DNA of 64,000 nt from Candidatus Eiseniibacteriota bacterium (GTDB taxonomy: Bacteria > Eisenbacteria > RBG-16-71-46 > CAIMUX01 > VGJL01), in assembly GCA_963792585.1 (NCBI GenBank), contig CAWBWI010000001.1, forward strand, positions 32,001 through 96,000. The letters run 5' to 3'. Numbering within the stretch: the first letter of the stretch is position 1; each line of letters begins with the position of its first letter. The notes under the pieces were generated by a model. That model worked only from the letters and a program-made list of their open reading frames with translations, was not told where the DNA came from and ran no database searches. Made by a program: the position numbers and the translations under genes. Below are positions 20,803-31,778 of this stretch, in pieces.

Positions 20803-22178
20803 TCAGCTCAGCAGCCCGTACTCGTGGAGCTTCCGGTAGAGATTGCGCTCGCTGATGCCGAGGGCGCGAGCCGCGTTGCCGCGGTGGCCGTCGCTCTCAC
20901 TCAGGGCGCGCTCGATGAGGGCGCGCTCCATCTCTTGGAGTGTGGGCATCCTCGCTTCGTCTGTTCGACTCGGGGGGATCGAGGGCGCGACGCGAAGCGA
21001 CGAGGGAAGGTGCTCCGGGCGGATCTCGGCGCCCTCGCAGACGACCATCGCCGCTTCGATGACGTGCAGGAGCTCCCGGACGTTGCCGGGCCAGTCGTGC
21101 GTGCGCAGGAGCTCCAGCGTCTCGGGCAGGCCGCCGTCCGGGACGACCCGTAGCGCTCGTTCAGAAGCGCGACGAAGTGCCGGCCAGCAGCTCGACGTCG
21201 TCCCGGCCGCTCGCGCAGCGGGCGGCAGCTCGACGGTGATCGTGCTGAGCCGGTAGAAGAGGTCCTCGCGGAACAGCCCCTGGCGCACCAGGGCCGCCAG
21301 GTCCCGGTTCGTGGCGGCGAGCACGCGCACGTCCACGCTGGATCTCCGTCGTCCCCCCGACGTGGCGGAAGGTCGACGTGTCGAGGACGCGGAGCAGCTT
21401 GACCTGCGTGGCCTGGCTCACCTCCCCGATCTCGTCGAGGAAGATCGTGCCGCCGTGGGCCACCTCGAAGAGGCCGGGCTTGGCCCGGTCGGCCCCGGTG
21501 AACGCGCCGCGCTCGTGGCCGAACAGCTCGCTCTGGAGCAGCTCCTCCTGTAGGGCCGCGCACTCGACGACGACGAACGGCCGGCTCCGCCGGGGGCTGC
21601 GGGCGTGGAGGAGCTTCGCGACCATCTCCTTGCCGGATGCCGGTCTCGCCGGTGACGAGCACGGTCGAATCGCTCGGCGCCACCCGCTCGATCAGGCTCA
21701 GGAGTCTGCTGGAACGCCGGGCTGTCGCCGACGAAGGAGCTCGCCGAGATCCGGCGGCGTCAGCCCACGCTCGAGCAGGCTCGCGCGCAGCTGCAGGGCC
21801 TGCCGCTCGAGCGCCCTCTGGATGCGGATCTCGAGCTCGTCGAGCGGGCACGGCTTGACGACGTAGTCGAAGGCCCCGATCCGGATCGACTCGATGGCCG
21901 TGTCGATCGAGCCGTGCCCGGTCAGCATGATCACCTCGCTCGCGGGGCTCTTCTCGCGGATGGCCTTCAGCACCTCGAGGCCGTCCATGTCGGGCAGCCT
22001 GCAGGTCGAGCAGGACCACGTCCGGCTCGAGCTTCGCCGCGCTCTGGTCACGGCCTCGCTCGCCGAGTCCCGACGGTGGCGACCTCGAAGCCCGAGCCGC
22101 TCGAGCTCCGCCGGCCATCACCCGGCGGAAGGTCGGGTCGTCGTCGACGAGCAGGAGGGAAACGGCGTTCGGCTTCAT
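20803..22178 (-). CDS. sigma54-dependent response regulator, several frameshifts
   Basis: Fragments across frames: [46 protein letters not shown]. Confidence 0.85.
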
Positions 22179-24091
22179 GGATGCTCCGGGCGTGGCGCGT
22201 CCCGCGTACGGCGGGCAGGGAGACCTCGAACGTGGACCCCGCCCCGGGCGCGCTCCGAACCTCGATATCGCCGCCCCAGTCGGCGGACGAAGTCGAGCGA
22301 CAGGAAGAGACCGAGCCCCGTCCCCCCTCGCCGGAGGCTGAAGAACGGCTCGAAGATCCTCTTCTGGTCCTCCGGCGCGATCCCGCACCCGTCGTCCGCG
22401 ACTCGGATGCGGATCGGGATCGCCGGGCTCGACCGAGAGCCGCGAGTCCGCCCTTCGGCGGCGACGCCTGGACGGCGTTCAGAAGCAGGTTGAGCAGCAC
22501 CTGCTGGAGTTCCGCCTCGTTGACGCGCACGTGCAGTGCCCGGCGGGAGCGGCTCGACGCGATCTCCACCGCGTGGGCGCGGGCGGTGGGCTCGATCAGG
22601 GGGACGACCGCCTCCACGGTCGGCGCCCAGATCGACGAGGTCGCCCGGCGATTCCTGGCCCCTGCGAGAGACGCAGGAAGTGCTGGGTGATGCCCCGGCA
22701 GCGCAGGAGCTGCTCGCGGGCGATCCGGGCGCTCTCCTCGATCCGCGCCACGGTCCGCCGTCGGATCGCCCGCTTGCCGCGGCGCGCAGTGCGCAGGATC
22801 CCTTCCACGCACGTCAGGATCGTCGCCAGCGGGGTGTTCAGCTCGTGCGAGAAGCCCGAGGCGAGCAGACCGAGCGAGGCGAGGCGGTGGGACTCGGCCA
22901 GCTGGGCCTCGGCCGCCCGCCGCTTCGGAGATGTCGCGCCACACCTCCACGACCTGGACGATCGTGCCCGACGGTCCCAGGATCGGGGAGGTGTGGACCT
23001 CTTCCCAGTGGTCTCGCCCGTGCCTGTCCTGCGCTCGCAGATGCGCACCTGGCGCTCGCCCGGTGCCAAGGCAGGCCAGGGTGGGGCAGTCGGCCGGTAC
23101 CGCAGATCCCGGCGCCGGCGTCGCGGCAGGAGGTCGCCGAGCACGTCCTCCCGGTCGCGTCCGGTGCGTCGCAGGAAGGCGTCGTTCGCGGCGATGACGT
23201 TGCGATCCGGCGTCCAGCACCACGATGCCGTCGTCGATGCTGTTGATGACGGTCTCGAGCCGCTCGCGCTGTGCGCGCACATCCCCGAGGAGGCCGTTCA
23301 TCGAGTCGGCCATGGCTGTTGAACTCACGGGCCAGCCAGGCGACGGTGTCGGAGCCGCTCGACGGGGACCCGCCGCTCGAGGTCGCCGGCGGCGATCAGG
23401 CGGGCGGTGGTCTCGAAGCGCTGCAGCCGGCGCATCACGAGAATGCGGACGAGCACGCCGATGGCGCCGACGAGGAGGAGCGCAGCTGGCGCCGGCCCGA
23501 CGGCCATCCAGCGGAGGTCGCGGTTCATCGTGGCGCGGATCTCGCCGGCGTCGATGTCGACGATCAGGACGCCGTTGATCTCGGTGCTTCGGATCGTGGC
23601 AGCGAAAGCAGGCCTCTCGGTTGCGGATCGGGATCGACGGTCCGGAGGATCGTGCCTCCGCGCGTCTCGATGACCCGGCTCGAGGTCCGCTGCTCGGGGG
23701 GAAACCGGTGGCAGGCCTGGCAGGTCGGCGAACCGAGCGTGAGGTCGGTGCCCGTCACCGAGCGGGAACGCTCGCGTAGCGCGCCTGCCCCTGTCGATCG
23801 AGCAGGATGACGGCGGCTCGACCCGCGGCTCGTTCCCGAAGCTGCTGGATCATCTTGCTCGATCAGGCTGCGGTCGTTCTCCATCATCTGGTGCTCGAGC
23901 GCGACCTTGATCAGCTCGCTCTGCGAAAGCGCCGTGGCGCGCGCGGTCTCAAGGAGCGTCTGGAAGTGGTGGCGCGAGTAGAGATACGTTCCCAGACGCG
24001 CAGGAAATGAACACCGCAAGCGCAGATGCCGAGCGCAAGCCCGGCCGTCATGCGGGTCATGCGCGGTCTCATGGACCCAGGGGCGTCCCAT
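22175..24091 (-). CDS. Sensor histidine kinase with a c-type heme sensor domain, HAMP and PAS, many frameshifts
   Basis: CQACH (~23710) and CFRCH (~23600), INSIDDGIVVLD, SHELNTPL, QVLLNLLLNAVQA, PGAGSTFEV. Confidence 0.75.
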
Positions 24092-24130
24092 TCATGGTGG
24101 ATTGATCATACAGGTGGACTGATACGCACC

Positions 24131-24166
24131 TGACAGTTTGTCATTCGCGAATCTGCCATGTTGTCA
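24131..24166. promoter_or_regulatory. Tandem enhancer-like sites for a sigma54 activator
   Basis: TGACA-GTT-TGTCA (24131) and TGCCA-TGT-TGTCA (24154), about 100 bp upstream of the -24/-12 box. Confidence 0.55.
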
Positions 24167-24255
24167 CGCTTGTTCAACTTCTCAGCAAGCGGCGTCACTC
24201 CGGAGCGTCGTCGCAAGCTGCGTGTCTCTGCTTGCGATCACCGCCGCATCGCCGA

Positions 24256-24271
24256 TGGTCCGGGAATTGCT
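24256..24271 (+). promoter_or_regulatory. sigma54 -24/-12 promoter
   Basis: TGGTCCGGGAATTGCT fits GG-N10-GC with TTGC. Confidence 0.6.
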
Positions 24272-24308
24272 CTTGGATGCGGTGCGGGTCCAACGAGGGG
24301 GGTATCGC

Positions 24309-24631
24309 ATGTTGATGTTCCTGATGATCCTGTTCACCAGCTTGCCGGTGATGATCCTGAGCTGTCTCATGTTCAAGGGGCTTTCCCCGAAGCCGAAGGA
24401 GCAGGAAGCCCCGGAAATGCCCGCCGAGAGATGGAAGTCGCGGACGGGGCGCCGCGCTTCTTCGTGGAGAATGCTACGGGTCGACTCGCGCAGTCGCGCT
24501 TCCCGGTCGAGGTTCTGCTGAGTCAGATCGAGCGCCACGTGCGCTTGGAGCAGGCCGCAGCCGAATCGCACCTCGACGGCCCGACGCGGGAATCGCTCCA
24601 CTCACGCAGCGGCTCCCCGTTGCTGAACTAG
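24309..24631 (+). CDS. Small membrane-anchored hypothetical protein, frameshifted
   Basis: MLMFLMILFTSLPVMIL... continues in another frame as VEVLLSQIERHVRLEQAAAES. Confidence 0.55.
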
Positions 24632-24642
24632 CGGGTCCGACA

Positions 24643-25117
24643 ATGCCAACCCTACGGACGGATCTGCTGAACGGACTATCGGAGCCGGAGGCCGCCCGGG
24701 TTGCGGCGCTCGGCGTGACGATCACCACGCCTGCCGGCCACGTGCTCTTCAACCTCGGAGAGCCGACGCGGAGAAGGTCTACCTCGTCATGAAGGGACGG
24801 ATCTCCCTGACCCTGCCGATGCAGATCCGGGCGAGCGGAGCAGGACGTTCTCGTGGAGGAACGCTTGGCTGGAGAAACACTGGGCTGGTCGGGTCTCATC
24901 CCCCCCCATCGATTCACCCTGAAGGCGAGCGCATCGGTGGAGAGTGAGCTGCTCGCGTTTCCGCGGCCGGCCCTTCTCGAGTACTTCGATGAGAATCCCG
25001 ACGGTCGGGTACACCGTGTCCCGCAACGTCGCGTCGGTGATCGGCCACCGGCTGGAGGTCTTCCAGACGATGTGGCTGCGCGAGATGCAGCGGGTGATCG
25101 AACTCCGCTATACCTGA
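24643..25117 (+). CDS. Cyclic nucleotide-binding domain protein, frameshifted
   Basis: LLNGLSEPEAARV, GHVLFNLGE, GETLGWSGLIPPHRFTLKA. Confidence 0.7.
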
Positions 25118-25130
25118 TGGGGGGCTCGCG

Positions 25131-25680
25131 ATGAGGTGGGCGATCCCGGCCGTGCTCTTGCTTGCGGTGTGCGCACTGGCGCGCCAGGCGACGGCCGATA
25201 CGAGCCCCGCAGGCGGCGAAGGACGCGGAGGATCGCCCGAGAAGTCCCTCCTCCGCCCTTCTCCGACGGGATCTACCCGTGCTCGGGCTGTCACGCCGAC
25301 ATGAAGGTCAATCGGACGCGCCGGACCTTGACCGAGTTCCACGACGGACATCGTTCTCGAGCACGATGAGCAGCACCGCTGGTGTCTGGACTGCCACGAT
25401 CCCGTCAGACCGGGACTCTCTCCATCTTGCGAGCGGGGAGCGCGTCTCCGTTCGAGCGAGTCGTACCGGCTTTGCGGTCAGTGCCATGGAGAGAAGTTGC
25501 GGGACTGGAGGGCCGGGGTTCATGGTAGGCGCACCGGTGCCTGGAACGGCCACAAGCAGTACCTGCTCTGCGCCCATTGCCACAACCCCCACCAACCCCG
25601 TTTCCAGCCGCTCGTCCCGAACCGCCGCCGGATCCACCGCGACGGCCCGGGCCGGATCCAGCGACGGCCCGGAGAACTAG
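25131..25680 (+). CDS. Small tetraheme cytochrome c, frameshifted
   Basis: Signal peptide plus CSGCH, CLDCH, CGQCH and CAHCH across frames. Confidence 0.75.
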
Positions 25681-25695
25681 AGGTGGAGTCACCCG

Positions 25696-26580
25696 ATGGA
25701 ACCCGACGAAGCCGGGCGTTCATGCGTCTCACGAAGGAAGTTCGTGTCGGTGGCCGCGGCAGCCGCGGCGGGCTGGCTCTTGACCTCGTGCGGGCCGCGG
25801 CGTCTCCGTGGAGTATGCCGCCCGATCGTCTGAAAGCGCGCTCTGGCTGATCTCGAGAGGAAGTACTCGAGGGACGTGTGGAACCGATGTGAGGTCAGCG
25901 GACGCCCCCGCGATTCCCGGGGTCCTCTTCGGCTACGCCCTCGACATCTCGCGGTGCGTCGGCTGCCGTCGGTGCGTGTACGCGTGCGTCGAGGAGAACA
26001 ACCTGTCGCGGGATCCCCAGATCCACTGGATCCGGTCCACTCGATGGAGAAGGGGAAGGGCGTCGACTTCACCCACGCGGACCCGTACTACAACCCGCCG
26101 GAGGTGCCCGAGGAAGGGCATTTCTACGTCCCCGTCGCGTGCCAGCAGTGCCGGAACGCGCCCTGCACGAAGGTCTGTCCGACAGGCGCGACCTGGACGG
26201 AGCCGGACGGAATCGTCGTCATCGATTACGACTGGTGTATCGGCTGCCGCTACTGCATGGCCGCCTGTCCGTACGGCGCGAGGCATTTCAACTGGTCCCA
26301 ACCTTCGATCCCCGATAAGGAGATCAATCCGAAGATGCACCATCTCGGCAACCGGCCCCGCCCTAAGGGCGTCGTCGAGAAGTGCACCTTCTGCATCCAG
26401 CGCACCCGGCAAGGACGATATCCCGCGTGCGTGGAGATCTGTCCGGTCGGTGCGCGGAAGTTCGGCAACCTCCTCGATCCGGACAGCGAGATCCGCTACA
26501 TCATCGAGCACAAACGGGTCTTCGTCCTCAAGGAGGACCTGAACACGGTGCCCAAGTTCTTCTACTTCTACGCCACGTGA
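25696..26580 (+). CDS. 4Fe-4S dicluster protein (NrfC/DsrO-like), frameshifted
   Basis: CVGCRRCVYAC, CQQCRNAPCTKVCP, CIGCRYCMAACP, KCTFC, PACVEICP. Confidence 0.9.
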
Positions 26581-26585
26581 GGTGC

Positions 26586-27904
26586 ATGTGAACGCCGTCC
26601 GGTCTTCCGCGATTCGTCACGGGGAGCATCCGCCTCGTTCTCACGCGGGAACGCCACCTACTGGTCCTGGATCGCCGTCCTCGTGGCCCTGATCGTCTCC
26701 GGCGTGCTCGCCTTCGCCCGGCAGGTGGGATCCGGCCTCGTCGTCACGGCCATGCGGGACCAGGTCAGCTGGGGCTTCTACATCGGCAACTTCACCTTCC
26801 TCGTGGGAGTCGCCGCGGCGGCGGTCGTGCTCGTCATCCCCGCATACGTCTATGACTGGAAGCCGATCCGGCAGATCGTCGTCTACGGGGAACTCCTCGC
26901 GGTGAGCGCCATCGTCATGTGTCTGCTCTTCGTGCTGGTCGACATCGGCCGGCCGGACCGCTTCTGGCATCTGCTGCCGCCGTGGGGCACGTCTGAACTT
27001 CCCGACCTCGCTCCTGGCGTGGGACGTCTGGTCCTGAACATCTACTTCGTCCTCAACTTCGCCGTCGTGACGCACATCCTCTATCGGGCGTTCACCGGAC
27101 CGGCCTACGCCAAGACGCCTCGTCGTCCCGCTCGTCCTCCTGTCGATTCCGATGGCGGTCGGGATCCACACGGTCACCGCCTTTCTCTACAACGGTCTCG
27201 CGGCGCGACCCTACTGGAACGCGTCGATTCTTGCGCCGCAGTTTCTCGCCTCCGCATTCTGCTCGGGTCCGGCGATCCTCCTCTTCATGCTGCAGCTTCT
27301 GCGGCAGTTCACGCGGTTCGAGATCAAGGACGAGGCGATCTGGAAGATCGCGGAGCTGATGGCGTACGCGATGTTCCTCAATCTCTTCCTGCACGGCGCG
27401 GAGGCGTTCAAGGAGTACTACTCCAACACCGAGCACCTGCTCTATACGCGGTACTGGTATCAGGGGCTCGGCGGCCACAAGACGCTCGTGCCGTACGCCT
27501 GGTCGGCGGTCAGCCTGAACTTGATCGCCTTCGTGCTGTTCATCGTACCGGCCACGAGACGAAACTGGGTGACGCTGAACCTCGGGTGCCTTGCGACCTA
27601 TGCGGGTGTGTACATCGAGAAGGGGATGGGGCTCATCATTCCAGGCCTGACCCCAGACGCGCTCGGTGAGATCTACGAGTACTACCCGACCCTCACCGAG
27701 TTGCGGGTGGCGGCGGGGATCTTCGCCTTAGGCTTCCTGGTCTTCACCTTGATGCTGAAGGTGGCCGTGCCCGTCGCGCTCGGGGAGTTCCGATATGACC
27801 GCAGCAACGCCGGAAGCGACCTGGAAAAGCTGGGCGCCGCCGGGATGACCGGAGCCGTCGCGCCGGCCCATCCCGCTAGCGGCCGGATCGCCTCCACCCG
27901 CTGA
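26586..27904 (+). CDS. NrfD/DsrP-like polysulfide-reductase-type membrane subunit, frameshifted
   Basis: MRDQVSWGFYIGNFTFLVGVAAAAV, DIGRPDRFWH, HTVTAFLY..RPYWN, EKGMGLIIPG. Confidence 0.88.
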
Positions 27905-29141
27905 CGAAGGCGCCGAGCATCTCGCCCGCGAGATGATTGCCGCGCACGTTCCAGTGGCCGTCGTCGGGGATGTAGAGGCTGCTATCCGGCCGGTTCTGCG
28001 CGCGCATTTCGCTCAAGGGATCGACCACGGGGATCCCCCGGGCATCCGCGAAGGCGCGAAGGCGGCGCTGCGGCGCGTCGAAGTCCAACCCGGCGGGAGA
28101 GAGCGAGAAGCGTTTCTCCACCGCCCGCTGAAGTTCCGGGTCGACCTGCACCTGGGCGGGGATCAGCAGGAGGATCCAGGGGACTCCCGCCTCGTCGCAG
28201 AGGCGGTCGAACTCCTCGAGACATCTTTCGGATTCCTGCCACATCCCCTCCGTCTTCGCGTCCGGAGTCGCCGCGAAGACCGGCATGTCCTTCAGGATCG
28301 CATGGAGATACCAATCGGAGGGAGCCGCATGCGCGGGGGCACCGGAAGCGTGGTCCGCCGGGAAGACTCCTGTCGCGGGGATTCCGCTCACGGCGCCGCC
28401 GGCCGTGCTGCCGGTGGGTGCGGGAGGCTGTGCCGGCGTTACGGGCGCGTCCCCGGCCGTCTTCTTCGCACCGTCCCGATCGTGCAGGTAGAGCCGCAGC
28501 AGAAACCCGCGGAATGGTGGAAGCAGGAGCCTCTCCGCGAGCAGGAAGACATCGGACTTCCGGAGGACGTTGAGCCAGCCGTACGGTGAGCTCGCCGGAT
28601 ACCACTGGCCGCCGAGAACCTTCCCCCGGAGACGGATCCCGGTCACATCGTTGCCGATGAAGAAGTTCAACACGACGAGATCGGGCGCGAGCGGCAGGGC
28701 GATGGAGCGAAGGACCCCCACCTCGTTCTCCGGCGAGTAGCCGCCGACGCCCATGAGGATCATCTCGACGGCGGTGGAGTCGGATGCGCGCCGAGCGATC
28801 TCCCCCTCGGCCACCCTCAGGAAGTGATCCGACAGGTGACGGATGTTAGCGTAGACGAAGGAGTCGCCGATGCCGACGATCCGATAGGTCCCGGGGGGCT
28901 TCGCCCGAGGGTGCTCGCGATCGCGGAAGCCGAGGCTGTTCGTGTAGTTGTCCGGATCCTTCAGGAAGACCGCGGGAGGATCGGGGCGAAGCCGGTATCC
29001 TGCGTGTTTGTCGCGGATATACGCCGCCCCGCGAGGGGAGGGCGCGACGGCGAAGTAGAGCCTCACGAGTCCTTCGGCCAGGATGAGGCCGACGATCGTG
29101 CCGAGCAGCAGGACCGCCGCCGATCGCATGAGACGACGCAT
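27876..29141 (-). CDS. SGNH/GDSL-hydrolase-like membrane-anchored protein
   Basis: NSLGFRD, GIGDSFVY, GVGGYS, GND, DGHWN. Confidence 0.85.
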   Translation of the reverse strand: MRRLMRSAAVLLLGTIVGLILAEGLVRLYFAVAPSPRGAAYIRDKHAGYRLRPDPPAVFLKDPDNYTNSLGFRDREHPRAKPPGTYRIVGIGDSFVYANIRHLSDHFLRVAEGEIARRASDSTAVEMILMGVGGYSPENEVGVLRSIALPLAPDLVVLNFFIGNDVTGIRLRGKVLGGQWYPASSPYGWLNVLRKSDVFLLAERLLLPPFRGFLLRLYLHDRDGAKKTAGDAPVTPAQPPAPTGSTAGGAVSGIPATGVFPADHASGAPAHAAPSDWYLHAILKDMPVFAATPDAKTEGMWQESERCLEEFDRLCDEAGVPWILLLIPAQVQVDPELQRAVEKRFSLSPAGLDFDAPQRRLRAFADARGIPVVDPLSEMRAQNRPDSSLYIPDDGHWNVRGNHLAGEMLGAFVSGWRRSGR

Positions 29142-29153
29142 GCGATCTCCCGC

Positions 29154-29312
29154 CTAGAAGAGGGCGTAGATGAACGGGGCCAGCGCGCTTCCCGCGGTGA
29201 TCACCAGCGCGATGCCCACGATGAGGAGGATGATGACCACCGGCGTGAGGAAGAGCTTGTTGCGCGACCTCAGGTGCGTCCAGAACTCACGGACTATGGA
29301 CAGGCGGCTCAT
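29154..29312 (-). CDS. DUF5989/SxtK-like small membrane protein (52 aa, not in the ORF track)
   Basis: MSRLSIVREFWTHLRSRNKLFLTPVVIILLIVGIALVITAGSALAPFIYALF*. Confidence 0.85.
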   Translation of the reverse strand: MSRLSIVREFWTHLRSRNKLFLTPVVIILLIVGIALVITAGSALAPFIYALF

Positions 29313-29333
29313 GCGCGCATCCTCCGAAGATCC

Positions 29334-29741
29334 TCAGTACAGCTTCTCATATCGTTCGGGCCCGCCCGGCTGCTCGACCTTGTCGACCCAGTAACTCGGA
29401 CTCCGGCGTTTCCAGCTCAGGTCCAGCGGGTCCTTCCGGAAGAGCCGCGAGACGAGCCCGTAGGGCGTGATGAATCCGTAGTAGAGCGCGGTGAGCAACA
29501 CCCGCGTCATTACCCAGGAGATCGCGAGGGCGAGCTTCATCCAAAGCCTGAAGAACCGCACCCAGACGGACCGCAGGAGGAATGCGACGAGGACCGCGGT
29601 CACGCCCACGGCAACGAGCACGATCGCGCGCGTCGGATGATGCCTCCACCACGAGACGGCCGCGATCAAGGTCAGGAGGCACGCCAGGATCACCGCGAAA
29701 CGGCGGGCCTCGGCGCTTTCCGGTCGCTTTGCTTTCGCCAT
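29334..29741 (-). CDS. SxtJ-family membrane protein
   Basis: RRFA, WMKLALAISWVMTRVLL, ITPYG, KDPL, SYW. Confidence 0.8.
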   Translation of the reverse strand: MAKAKRPESAEARRFAVILACLLTLIAAVSWWRHHPTRAIVLVAVGVTAVLVAFLLRSVWVRFFRLWMKLALAISWVMTRVLLTALYYGFITPYGLVSRLFRKDPLDLSWKRRSPSYWVDKVEQPGGPERYEKLY

Positions 29742-29757
29742 CCCCGGCCTCCGTCCC

Positions 29758-31581
29758 TCAGTCGAGGGCGAATTCCTCCATCCACTTCTTGTCCATCTCC
29801 GGGATCTCCTGCTCCTTCTTGTCGATCAGCCACGAGCCCAGGACGAGGTAGTCCATGTGGGTCCGCGTGAAGCAGCGGTATGCATCCTCGGGCGTGCAGA
29901 CGATCGGTTCGCCGCGGACGTTGAAGGAGGTGTTGACGATCACCGGGCAGCCGGTCTTCTCGTAGAAGCGCTCGATCAACCGGTGATAGCGCGGAGAGTC
30001 CTCCTTGGAGACCGTCTGGATCCGTGCCGAGTTGTCGACATGGGTGATGGCCGGAACCACCGATCGGATCACCTTGAGCTTGTCGAGACCGAAGAGCCCG
30101 TCCATCTTCGCGGGAAGCAAGCGATCCGGATGGACCTGGGCGACCAGCAGCATGTAGGGGCTGTCGGCGTCGAGCTGGAAGTACTCCGACGTTCGCTCCC
30201 TCAGAACGGAGGGGGCGAACGGGCGGAATGACTCCCGGAACTTGATCTTCAAGTTCATCTTGGTTTGCATGTCGCGACTGCGCGCATCGCCGATGATCGA
30301 TCGCTGGCCGAGCGCTCGGGGTCCGAACTCCATCCGGTCCTGGAACCATCCGATCACGTTCTCCTCGCAGATCAGATCGGCCACGCGATCGGCGAGGCTC
30401 TCGAAGTCGGCGAAACGCGTGGCCGTGATGCCGCGCTCGGCGATGAATCGTCCGATTTCCTCGTCATCGAATGCGGGGCCCAGGAGGGTGGCCTTCTGCA
30501 GGTCGCGACTCCCGTTGACGGTCCGCCCTCCGTTCAGGAGTTGATGGTGGACGAAGAGAGCCGCGCCAAGCGCCCCACCCGCGTCTCCCGCGGCCGGCTG
30601 GATCCAGATCTTATCGAATGGACCGTCCCTGAGAACCTGGCCGTTGGCGACGCAGTTGAGCGCCACGCCCCCCGCGAGGACAAGATTCTCGCATCCCGTT
30701 TGCGCGTGGGCATGGCGCGCCATCGCCATCATCACCTTTTCGGTCACCACCTGGACGGAGGCGGCCATGTCCATCTCGCGCTGGGTCAGTGCGCTCTCGG
30801 GCGCCCGGGGCGGTCCGCCGAAGAGCTGCGCGAAGCGCCCGTTGGTCATCCTCAATCCGGCGCAGTAGTCGAAGTAGCGGAGGTTCAGCTTGAATGAGCC
30901 GTCCTCGCGGATGTCGATCAACTCGCGCTCGATCAAATCGACGTACCGCGGCTCGCCGTAGGGAGCGAGCCCCATGAGCTTGTATTCGCCGCTGTTCACC
31001 TTGAACCCGGTGAAGTAGGTGAAGGCTGAATAGAGGAGCCCAAGGGAGTGCGGGAAGTGGATCTCCTTGAGGATCCGGATTCGATTGCCCTCTCCCAGGC
31101 CGAGGCTCGCGGTAGCCCACTCGCCGACCCCGTCGATCGTGAGGATCGCGGCCCTCTCGAACGGCGACGGGAAGAACGCGCTGGCCGCGTGCGATTCGTG
31201 ATGCTCGGTGAAGAGGATCTTTCCCTCGTAGTCGAGATCCTCGCGGATGTTCTCCCGGACCCAGAGCTTCTGTTTGAGCCAGAGCGGCATCGACTTGAGG
31301 AACGATGAGAGGCCCGCGGGCGCAAAGCGCAGATAGGTCTCGAGCAGCCGCTCGAACTTGAGGATCGGCTTGTCGTAGAAGACGACGTAGTCGAGATCGT
31401 GCGACCCCGAGAGACCCCCCTCCCGAAGGCAGTAGGCGATCGCGTTCCCCGGGAAGTTGTGATCGTGTTTCTTGCGGGTGAAGCGCTCTTCCTGAGCGGC
31501 GGCAACGATCTGGCCGTCGACCACAAGGCAGGCGGCGCTGTCGTGATAGTACGCGGATATCCCGAGGATCCTGCTGCTCAC
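29758..31581 (-). CDS. O-carbamoyltransferase (NodU/CmcH family)
   Basis: ILGISAYYHDSAA, QEERFTRKKH, EHHESHAASAF, MEFGPRALG, KFRESFRPFAP, NTSFNVRGEP. Confidence 0.95.
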   Translation of the reverse strand: MSSRILGISAYYHDSAACLVVDGQIVAAAQEERFTRKKHDHNFPGNAIAYCLREGGLSGSHDLDYVVFYDKPILKFERLLETYLRFAPAGLSSFLKSMPLWLKQKLWVRENIREDLDYEGKILFTEHHESHAASAFFPSPFERAAILTIDGVGEWATASLGLGEGNRIRILKEIHFPHSLGLLYSAFTYFTGFKVNSGEYKLMGLAPYGEPRYVDLIERELIDIREDGSFKLNLRYFDYCAGLRMTNGRFAQLFGGPPRAPESALTQREMDMAASVQVVTEKVMMAMARHAHAQTGCENLVLAGGVALNCVANGQVLRDGPFDKIWIQPAAGDAGGALGAALFVHHQLLNGGRTVNGSRDLQKATLLGPAFDDEEIGRFIAERGITATRFADFESLADRVADLICEENVIGWFQDRMEFGPRALGQRSIIGDARSRDMQTKMNLKIKFRESFRPFAPSVLRERTSEYFQLDADSPYMLLVAQVHPDRLLPAKMDGLFGLDKLKVIRSVVPAITHVDNSARIQTVSKEDSPRYHRLIERFYEKTGCPVIVNTSFNVRGEPIVCTPEDAYRCFTRTHMDYLVLGSWLIDKKEQEIPEMDKKWMEEFALD

Positions 31582-31696
31582 GATCGAAACCCCATGCGAA
31601 CAATCGTATCAGCCGGCGACGGAACGGAAAAGGGATCTTCGAGGCAGGGGGACTGCGCGGAGGGAGCGGACGCAGATCCGGACTTTCACAAGCGAT

Positions 31697-31728
31697 GAGC
31701 CCCATCCCCCGGGTGGGGGACGGGGCTC
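31697..31728 (-). terminator. GC-rich hairpin downstream of the peptidase gene
   Basis: GAGCCCCATCCCCC...GGGGGACGGGGCTC inverted repeat. Confidence 0.5.
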
Positions 31729-31778
31729 CTTCGTTCGAGGGGATCGGGCAGCCGGAGAGGCGGCCCGATCGACTCTTC

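Noticed and set aside
25131..27904. Evidence for dissimilatory sulfate reduction
   Set aside because: DsrO/P-like genes alone are not diagnostic, and there is no dsrAB or dsrMK in the window.
29154..31581. Saxitoxin biosynthetic cluster
   Set aside because: Only sxtI/J/K-like genes are present, with no sxtA, sxtG or other core genes.
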